Source of the DNA: Asterias rubens
Lineage: Eukaryota
Assembly (NCBI RefSeq): GCF_902459465.1
Contig: NC_047080.1
Span: forward strand, 2,790,001-2,854,000
Reading direction: 5' to 3'
DNA: 64,000 bases
The notes under the pieces were generated by a model. The model searched no databases. It was given only the letters and a program-made list of their open reading frames with translations, and was not told the DNA's origin. Of the stretch, positions 1 through 10,033 are shown piece by piece; position 1 is the stretch's first letter, and every line of letters begins with the position of its first letter. Position numbers and translations under genes: made by a program.

Positions 1-164
1 CCAACCAGCCCAGTTTGTTTATCAACATTGGAAAGGTATATAAAACTGTGAAAAAAACAGCATGGCGACCATCTTTGACAGCTTGATAAACTTTGTACTG
101 TACTGTGTTTCCCAAAATGCATTGATAGAATAGTGCACTAACATAACTTATTTTTATATTTCAG

Positions 165-343
165 GGGTGGTCTACAATCAATTCCTATCGTCACAAGAAT
201 TTGAGGTTCTCAGAGATTATGCAAAGGATCTTGGTGTACTAATGTGGGAGAACCCAGGCAAGAGGACACTTGTGGTGACCCCCACGGGCCACGATGATGT
301 CAAAAAATTCTGGCGACGACAAAAGAAGGGACAACAGTCCTAA
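165..343 (+). CDS. GTF2H4: TFIIH subunit 4 (p52), last coding exon; rest of gene lies left of the window
   Basis: Acceptor ttttatatttcag at 152-164; exon reads VVYNQFLSSQEFEVLRDYAKDLGVLMWENPGKRTLVVTPTGHDDVKKFWRRQKKGQQS* (TAA 341-343), matching the remembered p52 C-terminus (LYNQFLSQ...LGVL...KR.MVVTP.GH.DVKRFWKRQK). Confidence 0.93.
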
Positions 344-593
344 GAGACGACTCTTTTTTTTGTACTTAAGAAATATTTATTTATATATTTTCTACTTGTT
401 GAGATGTTACTTTTGATACAAGGTAAAGAGGTCATGTTTTTGTACACAGCTATGGCTAATTGACTACAATTCTATGTTGTGGACCGTGTTTACAGTGACT
501 GTCAAAATTTGTTGGATCAGACATTGATTCAATGCACAAGCAGCATCATATTTGAGTGAATTTACGCATCCCCTAGTGTTGGGTATCACCACG

Positions 594-765
594 GCCCAAT
601 TTCATTAAGCCGTCAAGCAGACAACTCTACTGATCAAATCTTCTAAGCAAGAAATGGGTGGGGCACCAGTCACAGCAATGGAAACTTTATGGTATTCTGG
701 TTGGTAACCTGTTTTTGCTAAGCAAAATTTGTTCCTCCTCACAGGCTTCAAGAAATTGGGCCCAG
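594..765. mobile_element. Degenerate GGCCCAATTTCA-ended MITE (Harbinger-like) between GTF2H4 and SLIMP stop codons
   Basis: Begins ggcccaatttca, ends aagaaattgggcc; same termini as better copies elsewhere. Confidence 0.55.
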
Positions 766-1128
766 AGCTGTTTCCTATCTTGATTTTAGCAAGGTGGTTA
801 TTTTTGAGTCTCAAATTTTTGTTTACAACCGGTTCCCTACTGCGTTCAGGAATGCATTTAGGCCATAAAAACAGCGAATAGATAAATGTGTAGAGTAAGC
901 CTTATTGAGACGCATCAGTCAGGATAAAACGGCAATAGTTTTTTTTTGTTCCTGGCAATAATCTTAGCCCTTCAGAAAATCTTGGGGCTGTCAAGATTTG
1001 ATATAAACTCAACACGACTGACCTGTAGCCGCTCAAAAATAATAAAGTGAGAGATTTGTATCTACCAAAAACAAAGTGTTTGTATCTACTTAATTTTTGT
1101 TGCTAACCTCAAATTTTCACTCCTGCTG

Positions 1129-4100
1129 TTACGTTAGAGATTGTGGCATATGGCGTTCAAGAACATCTGGCACCTAGAAGAAAGAAAACAAAATCACAAT
1201 TAGGTTTGTTTGAGACAAAACTTCTTCAGCAACACAGGAAAGAATATTTGTCATTTTGCATCCCAAAAAAAATCTTGATTTAAAGAATTTGTTTTTAGTG
1301 AAAGAATTAAGAGTTGACGTACCTGTTGGGCTGGAAGTAGAGCTGCAAGCAGAACAGATGTATCCAGGGCTGTGCAGTGTACCTAGACGGAGATGTAGAA
1401 CAAAAAATAATTGTAAACTTGGGTGTGATCCCTGGCTCAGCGGTTATATGGCATCCGACTGGCACCCTAGAACAAAGATATTGGCTATAGAAGACCACAA
1501 GTATGTTTATCAGGAGGTCAATGGTCCAAGTCCCGCTTCAGTAAATTTGTCACTGTTCAAACCCCAACAGTTAATCAGAGTATACAACACTTTTGAAATG
1601 AAAAACAAAACAAAAATTTAAACAAGCGAAAAAATAAAATAATAAACACAATGACGCCCTTTATTTGAAGGAAATTATGGCTTTTAGACTTTGTTTGGAG
1701 TGTTTCCTAATTAATAAAATTCTGGTGAGCAAAAACTAGCTCTTTGAGCTTCTGGTCTTTTTTTACCTCATCGATATCAAACAAACGTAAATAAAAGTGC
1801 AAGTGGATCTTGAATTTTGTCCACATACCGTGTGAAGGAAGTTTCGTTGTCTACTTTGGGAGGCACTCTGGGTAGGAATGGCTGGGTATCTCATCTTGAC
1901 TCTGCGGCTTATGTAGTCTGTACAGCTGTATACACACCCAACCTTAACGAGAAGAAAAATAATAACAGTGCATCAAGAACAAAATCAGAGGAAGTAAAGT
2001 TAATTCGAGAAGTACCCTCGATCCACAAAGCGCAAGTAGTTGTTTCGGCCGAGTACCTTCCTTCCACCCAGGCAGCAGTTAATAGGCAAGGCGGTTCTGT
2101 TCAGCACCGAGAAGTCTACTGATCCCCAAGAACCTACTCAACGGCAGTAGAGAAGTCTCCCAAACTAAAAAAAAAAACGCTCCGCGGCAGTAGAATACAA
2201 TTATAGCTAGACAATTAGTTCTTAAAAGAACAAATCTACGCAGCAAGTTGATAAACAAATGACCAGAACACACTTACCTCCACAAATTCAGCTATGTTTG
2301 GGATCCAGACTTCAATGGCATATTTTAAATGCATGCTTGGGAGAAGCTGGGCGCTCGGGACGGAAGTAAGTCTGTAAAAAGAAAAGTTCTTTTTAAAATG
2401 CAGGATTTCAAAAACAAAGATGGATTTTTAGGGTGTAAATTCAATACAGTCATAACTTTTCCAAAACGAACATGATTCAACTTTATAACCAAGTGGCACA
2501 GACAATGACATTTTGTCCTACAAGTTAGAAGTATCCTACCGGTAGCGTAAAGGAAGTTTCACCAGGAGATCCGTTGCCGTACGGAGAAACTGTGTAAACA
2601 GAGCACTGCTGGCAATGTCGCTGTTTTCACACACACCACAAAGTTCAACCTGTAAGGGATGAGAAGTAAGTGAAATAACACTCGCAAAATTACTCCAAAC
2701 TACTTGATGTCTTGTCAGTTAACCCCTAAGGGCCTTCTCTTGTGTGGCAGTTTTACAGGCAACTTGGTGGCAACCAACAGCACTGCATGCTTAAAGTCAC
2801 CTGGAAATAGAATTTATTTATTTCAAACATAAGAGTATATGCTTACGAACAATAAAACAATTTTTTTAGTATTTGTTTGTCATGATTTATATGTTTAAAA
2901 AATATATAAAGTTGTTTGGGGGGCTGACTCCACCTACCCCTTTTGTGACGTCAATCGAGGCAGACTTTGCCTGCAATGCGTATAGTAAACACACGTGCAA
3001 AGTACATGTACGTCCAAGTCGTGAGTTGGTACATTTCAAAAAGTGTTTTTCTGCATTCAGCAGCAATACACCTGGTCGGCATTGCCGGCAAAGTCTGCCT
3101 CGATTGACGTCACGAACAGCGCCCTCTCGGGTCGGGGTCTACTCTTAAATTTGTAAATAACATAATAACTGATTTTTTAAAACCTTAGTTAACTGTTTAT
3201 TCACATTCCACTCATCAAAACACATATATTAGTGACAAAAGCTTTATTTTGAAAAAATACCACTTCCAGGTGACTTTAAGGAACACTTTGGTGCCATGTA
3301 TTTTTTTTCCAGTGCTAGACACACAAGGCCTGAAGGACACTTCAAGGTGTTGGCTACAATTTAATTGTCCAGGGGTCATTATTGCCATCTACTCCTAAGG
3401 CTGAAACAGGGTTACCCCCTCTACAGTCCATGCGGATGTAGGCTGAAACAGGGTTACCCCCTCTACAGTCCATGCGGATGTAGCCTGAAACAGGGTTACC
3501 CCCTCTACAGTCCATGCGGATGTAGGCTGAAACAGGGTTACCCCATCTACAGTCCATGCGGATGTAGGCTGTAGGGAATCATGCATAAAAAGCCTGGCTG
3601 GTAGAGCAGAAAGAACTACCTCCCCAACTTCACCGAAATGAATAGTCTCTAAAGGGCTAGACCTCACCTGCATATTGTGAATGTAAATGACTTGTATTTA
3701 ATTTTCTATCAAAACACATTAACAAAAACACTTCTCTAAACTAATCTTTATTTACCTTTTGAGTCTGAAAGTTGTTATGGAGTCCATCAAACTTATCTGA
3801 ATCTGCGAAGTCAAGAATTAAAAACATATTGATGAGGCAGCAATGGAAAAAATGTGCCAAAGTCTCTTTTAAAGGCACTTGACACTATTGGTAATTGTCA
3901 AAAACTAGTCTTCTCACTTGTTGTATCTCAACATATGCACAAAATAACAAACCTGTGAAAATTTGAGCTCCATTGGTTGGTGAAGTTGCGAGATATAAAT
4001 GAAAAACGGAAACAAACCTTGTCACACGAAGTTGTGTGCTTTCAGATTCTTGATTTCGAGACCTAAAAATCTAATTCTGAGGTCTCGAAATCAAAGTCGT

Positions 4101-7100
4101 GAAAAATTACTTCTTTCTCAAAAACTACTTAACTTCAGAGGGAGCCGTTTCTCACAATGTTTTATACTATCAACAGTTCTCCATTACGCATTACCAAGTA
4201 AGTTTTTATGCTAACAATGTTTTTGAGCAAGTACCAATAGTGTCCACTGCCTTTAAGGAACAACAAATTAGTGATATATGTAAAAGACTCACACAAAAAC
4301 AAGTTTACCTTTTAGGCTGTCATAACTCCTACCAACTGTAAATCCCCTGAAATTAAATGAAGAAACAAAATGAAAAGAAACCTTTTATTTAATTGTAAAA
4401 CTGGTTTTAAAAACGTCCACAAAATCTTCTTAGGGTATGTTTCTTCAAAGCAAAAATCATACTGTGACAGTGCGCAAACAAATGGATAAGGGAACAGACC
4501 AGAGTTCCGGACAACTTTAGCAACAGTAAAAAAGAGACAATGGAGCTGGGCAGCTGGTAGGAGGCCCTCCAGTGGAGGGTAATAATGAGTAACCAAGAGC
4601 AGTTGCTTTCATGAAAAAGGAGTTTGGTTTTTCCAATCAAAATCATATTTGTATTATTTTCCTTTACCTGTATGGTAGATCCTCCATCTCCATTACCGAC
4701 ATCATGTAGTATGCTGCAAAAAAAGTGAGCAATAATATATACTTTAATTTTTACAGTTGAAAGTTGTAAAAAGAAGGGGGTTTTCAAAACCAGTCCTTAG
4801 TCTTGGAGCTTTTGGATGAGGTGTGAATTGTGACATCAAGATTGGTGGAGTGCACTGAAAGGGTTTGGATACTTTTTGTCAGACATAAAAACACAAACAT
4901 CCACAGATTCATGTTAAACTTTCACAGTTTAAAGATAATGATGGCAGAAAGCTTCCCTTTCAAAATATAACTTGCTGAAGTGCTGTAGTTTCTGAGAAAT
5001 GAATATAACAAAAATTATATCCGTCTCACTTTTTCTCAATAACTTGTCAACTAATCAAACTTGGCACTTGGTAAAATCGAGCCAAGGGATATTTAGATGC
5101 TTACCAATAAATGCCATGGGGCTGGCTCCAGTAAGGTACTGTACATTCTCTTGTGTCTCTATTGCATATATCTGCAAACAAAAGAAGTAGGGAGATGATT
5201 TCATCCAAATAATTGGTTAGTAGTGAGGCCAGAGATACAGTTTGTATCCACTGTCACCTTGCTAACATTGATGCATTCGACATTAGTGTGAAAATAATGT
5301 GACAGTATTTTTACTGTTTTCTCGGCAAGTAATAATAATAATAATAGACCGTTTTTATATAGCGCTTTTCACGCCCGAGGGGTGTCTCAAAGCGCTTCCG
5401 ACAATATTACCCCTGGTCACTGGGCCTTAAATCATTCCTTAAACCATCTCAGCTCCCTGGGGAGTATACAGCCTGTGCGCAATATATGCGCTACTCGGCT
5501 AAACCAATCACAAGAACCATCTCTGCCCTCACAGGTACCCATTTACGCCTGGGTGGAGAGAAGCAATTATAGTCAAGTGTCTTGCTCAGGGACACAAGTG
5601 TCACGACCGGGATTCGAACTCACTCTCTGCTGAACAGAAGCATCAGAGCTTGAGTTCGGTGCTATTATCTACTCGGCCACGACACCCCACACTGTATACA
5701 GCTGAAACTTTCACATGTGACTTTCTGGATAATTTTGCCTCTAAATCAGCCTTTCATTGACGAAAAGACAATAATGACCCTACCTTTAACTTGTAGCTGC
5801 ATTTGTTGCAATACTTGTGTTATGTCATATCTTATTATAGGGTGTAGGATATAAATCCAACAAACTGATTCAAAACTTGTTCACTTACCTCGTTAGAAGA
5901 GTCTGGATTCAAACCGATTGCTTCCTGCAAAAAAAAAAGAATATTTAAAATATTGACCACCATTAAGTGGGAAGTATACGTTCCATAGTAAAGAATCTAT
6001 TATATTATCATGACTGAAAGTTTGGTCACGGGCAGACCCAGTAACTGGGGTGCTGTACCCCTTTTTAAAGGCAATAGTGTCTATTGGTAATTACTCAAAC
6101 TAATTATCAGCATAAAACCTCACTTGGTAATGAGTAATGGGGAGAGGTTGACAGTATAAAACATTGTGAGAAACGGCTCCCTCTAAAGTAAGAAGTAATT
6201 TTCCACGAATTTGTTTTTGAGCTGGGGAGCGTACAACCCCAAGCTGCTTTAAATTAGCATGAAGTGTTATATCCAACACAATACTATATCAGCCCTCCCA
6301 GGTTCCTTTGTGTAGAGAAGCAATTATGGTTAAAGGCAGTGGACACTATTGGTAATAACTCAAAATAATTCTTAGCATAAAACCTTTCTTGGTAACGAGT
6401 AATTGGGAAAGGTTGATGGTATAAAACAATGTGAGAAACGGCTCCCTCTGAAGTGCCATAGTTTTTGAGAAAGAAGTATCTTTCCACGAAATTGATTTTG
6501 AGACCTCAAGTTTAGAACTTGAGGTCTCGAAATCAACCGTCTAAACGCACACAACTTCGTGTGACAAGGGTGTTTTTTTCTTTAATTATTATCTCGCAAC
6601 TTCGATGACCGATTGAGCTCAAATTTTCATAGGTTAGTTATTTTATGCATATGTTGAGATACACCAACTGTGAAGGCTAGCCTTTGACAATGACCAATAG
6701 TGTCCATTGCCTTTAAGTGCCTTGCTCAAGGAAGTGTCATGACCGGGATTCAAACACACGCTCTAATGGTTCAAACATCAGAACTTGAGTCCGAGGACTA
6801 GACTTTGATGGAATTCTCGATTAACAAAACTGACCAGGGCGATTGACTTGAACAATGCTGGACAGGAGAACGGGACGAATCCTTGCTGGATGAGTTCTTG
6901 ACTCGCCCACTGCGTCAGGGCAAGCTCCATCAATGCTGCTTCATGTTTGAGGAATGCACTACCAGCGTGTACGGTAGGAAGACTGCAAAATTACAAAATA
7001 CCATAATTTATTTTATTTTATTTTCATTTTATTCGAAATTTTTATACATTTACCCAAGGAAAAGAAGTTGAACTGGGGCTGTCAAGATTGTACAACAGGG

Positions 7101-9832
7101 TAAAAACCGTCGTCGAAACATGTGTACAACCCACATTAAAATAATTATTAAAATGGAGATTGCACACAAAAGGCTTTTAAAATGACACAACAGTAAAATA
7201 TTTAACCAAAATCAAGTTAAATCCTTACCTTTCCTCTACAAGTTCGTTTGAAGTCCACCCTGCTGATTTATCTGCACTGCCTTCTGTAATCACAATAATG
7301 TGTATTTTTGGTGTTGTTATTTCGAAAAATTCAAATTTTTGTTGATGATTAACACTACAATGAGAATCTCATCAGGAACATTTATCCGACAGCAGGTCTC
7401 CCACTCACCGGTAGTTTTCCAAAATATCGGTTTTGATCTACAAATGCTCATCTGAAATGGCTCAGGTTTACCTCCAAGAATTAATCAGTAAATCTGATCC
7501 ATCAAGGACTCTAGCCCCTGAAATGTTCGGACATAACTTACTACTTCTTATTTGTGTACAGAATATACTTCCCCTAGCGAGCTTAAAATTGTGACAGAAG
7601 TTGGCTAATATTTATCAGATGATGCCATGATTGTTTCGATTTTACCTTCTTGTTTATCAGCTCCAAAAGTTTCCAGGACTTTCGGCGCAGATCCCCGAGG
7701 CTAGAGGCATAATAAATATACAACAGAGGAAAATAATAAATAATTTATTATTTTGCATCGTTTAAGTGAGAAGGTGCAAATTTGAGCAAATTAAAGAGCA
7801 GTTTCAAGATTATGAGCCGATCTTATTAACACTCATACATGTACTTTGGTTTTGAGTGATAGATAAGCTATTCCAGCCAGCAATGATATCATGTGTTGTT
7901 GCATCTACACAGTACAAAGTCAACCCTCCTACTGTCTGACCATTCAATATCATCAAACAACGTGGTTTTGAGTATAATGTCACACACAGACAAATAAATT
8001 ATGGTAAAGTCTATTGCCAGAAGACACAATTGCCACAGCCGGGAATCAAGTCGAAACACCAGAGCTGGCTCTTAATCTCAACCACTCTGCCTAGACATGC
8101 CCTGCTCTTTTTCACAAAGCAAGTTCTGCTGTACAATAGCCTGTGAGGATACAAGGGGAGAAAAAAAAACATAACAGGAACAAAAAATTACTCACAACAT
8201 CAGGATGTAGATCGTTTGGAAGCTTCAGAGCTGCTGGATAGAACTCATCGGACAACGTTGCGATAGATTTCTGAAAGAAAAAGGTTATAAAAACTGTCCT
8301 TAAATCAGGCATACACAGAAAGTTAACGACATGGACAATGTCATCAAATCGACAAAGTTAACCGACCATAAAACTTGCTGCCATCATCTTGGTCATGTAC
8401 CTTGTATCCACTAAGAGTTATGAATGCTGATATTCATTGGACAACAAGAAACCAGCCTATTTCTCCTTCCAGCCTCGGTTTGGTTACATTGATTTAAAGG
8501 AGAGAAAATTAGGATGGCAGCACCATGATAAAGAAATTTGCACAATGTACAATTTTGTACATAATACTGCACAACACTCACATTGATTTGTCGTAGGTTT
8601 TCTCGCAGCGTTCGCCCCAACTGTTGCAGTCCATCTTTTTGTTCTTTAGTTCCTTGACCCTAAACAGAGCACAATAAAATAAAATAAAAATAAACAATAT
8701 TTATTGTTAATCATTTCGAGAGACCAATTGTTCAGTTTTTTGTAGTTGTTGGGTTAGCTCTCCTTTCCTCCATAACAAACATGTAGGCCTAAATCCCTTC
8801 AACGACTGCATAACAGGACACTACATGTACTGATGGCATCAGCAACTGCTGGAGCTACCATAATTGCGATAACATAACCCTCCTCCAGACGCCTCCGGCA
8901 TCGCTGCCGGGAGGAGGGTTACATTATCGCAACAAGAGTTACCATCAATTGGTGAGTAATTACTCACACTTTTGTTCAATTGCTTGCTCCGTTTGTTAAC
9001 TTCAGACTTTTCTCCTTCAATGCAGATTTTATCTTGCTCAAACAACTGAAGCTCCTTCCACAACGACACCTTGAATGAAAAAGAAACCAAAAAGATCAAA
9101 TAAACATCGAAGAATGAAATGGAATTGTTATCTCAAAACCGCTGCCTAATTTGTTTCATCCCCCAAAATAAATTAAGTCCCCCCCCCCCACCCCCGAAAA
9201 AAAAACCCCAACAACAACAACAACACAACTGCATGTTCCAGTGCAGTGGCCAGCTGATTCTACTCTACACTGTGACTGTCACTTCACCACGTTCACCTGG
9301 CATGCCTGGCTGTGTAGGCTGTGATGAAAAAAGTTATCAATTCAAAAGAGGGCGCTATAAACAAAATATAAACACAATTTCCATGCCATGCCATTTAATT
9401 GACAACAAACAGTCAAATACGTTCCCACAACCATGACATTTGTGTTAATTAAACCAATAAACCCTCACGCCTCACCAGGTTAGTCAGATTGACCTTTTGA
9501 CCTCTAGCAGAAACATTTCGTTCCAGCTCGCTCAGATCACTGAAAAGTCTTTTGAACTCAATTTCCGGGTTCAAAATAAATGGCACGTGGTCTCCTTCTG
9601 AAGTTGGTGTGTAAAGTGAAGATGATGAATACAAACGTTGCTGCTTGACCCATCGAAATGCATTCGAAATGTGAATGTTTCTCAACTGAAATTGTACCCC
9701 TGGCGTTACCAACTTCGACGATAAGTTCTTTGCATATTTTATGGAATTCCCAGACGAAAATTGTTGTTGCATTACACGGCCCCTTTGCACGTGAGGCTGG
9801 AGACAAATTCTACACACTCGTAGGAACTGCAT
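1129..9832 (-). CDS. SLIMP: Mitochondrial seryl-tRNA synthetase-like protein with degenerate active site (SLIMP-like), ~508 aa, 17 exons
   Basis: Exons (minus): 9832-9476, 9069-8968, 8659-8582, 8270-8196, 7700-7646, 7283-7229, 6982-6835, 5924-5889, 5171-5105, 4713-4668, 4346-4309, 3802-3756, 2649-2540, 2371-2278, 1942-1829, 1382-1323, 1173-1129. All GT-AG and phase-consistent. Arg-rich presequence; SSLY...LNPEIEF...LERNVSARG; coiled-coil arm; LKLPNDLHPDVP; FLKHEAALMELAL; CTDYISRR; NFLHTV. SerRS fold is clear; the SLIMP rather than SARS2 assignment rests on lost catalytic residues. Confidence 0.85.
2795..3275. mobile_element. TTAA-flanked MITE with AGTCACCTGGAA TIR (Kolobok-like)
   Basis: ttaa|agtcacctggaa ... 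ttccaggtgact|ttaa; inverted, longer copy at 60586-61160. Confidence 0.85.
3398..3571. repeat. 42-bp minisatellite, 4 units plus partial, in SLIMP intron 12
   Basis: Unit aggctgaaacagggttaccccctctacagtccatgcggatgt starting at 3398, 3440, 3482, 3524. Confidence 0.95.
3873..4252. mobile_element. TTAA-flanked MITE, AGGCAGTGGACACTATTGG TIR family (Kolobok-like)
   Basis: TTAA both sides, about 20-bp TIR, non-coding interior. Other copies: 6334-6712, 14726-15086, ~15620-15996, ~40017-40368, 41541-41640 (partial), 42919-43296, 55219-55599, 56573-56937; related AGGGAAGGTACAC variants at 36825-37155 and ~50929-51272. Confidence 0.9.
5331..5685 (-). mobile_element. tRNA-derived SINE, family 1
   Basis: tRNA-like head with A/B boxes, central gacacttgtgtcc.tgagcaag...cacccagg.gta.aaatgggtacctg domain, (AAT)n tail. 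Plus-strand copy 58858-59152; partials ~20120-20240 and ~26050-26270. Confidence 0.8.
6290..6795 (-). mobile_element. SINE family 1 copy interrupted by a TTAA MITE (6334-6712)
   Basis: agagaagcaattatggttaa|MITE|ttaagtgccttgctcaagg...gaccgggattcaaac is colinear with the intact SINE at 5557-5670. Confidence 0.85.
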
Positions 9833-10033
9833 GCTGTGTTTTTAACTTTAACATATAAAATAACCCACAGTCTTCACACGCCGGAAAGACGGCCGACAAT
9901 GTGGCAAGGTCTTCACTTTCAAAGTAGCAGACAAGTTTGTTGACAGCGCGCACGCACGTGAAGATACAGGACGCCCTCAAGAGGTCAGTAAATGACAGTT
10001 CGATAGAAACTGCCAAAAGAAGTAAAGACAACG
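9833..10033. promoter_or_regulatory. Bidirectional promoter between SLIMP-like gene and TADA1
   Basis: Start codons diverge 201 bp apart; locally CpG-rich (gcgcgcacgcacgtg, includes E-box CACGTG). Confidence 0.75.

Noticed and set aside
3398-3571. CRISPR-like array (also considered for 52558-52820)
   Set aside because: Units are head-to-tail with no unique spacers, there are no cas genes, and the context is eukaryotic. These are minisatellites.
3662-3675. AG|GTGAG recursive splice site in SLIMP intron 12
   Set aside because: The intron is only about 1.1 kb, the polypyrimidine tract is poor, and the motif is common by chance.
3999-4341. Short ORFs repeated across the window (e.g. 6284-6554, 42957-43139, 55393-55587, 56686-56925)
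   Set aside because: All lie inside copies of the non-coding TTAA MITE; no transposase motifs.
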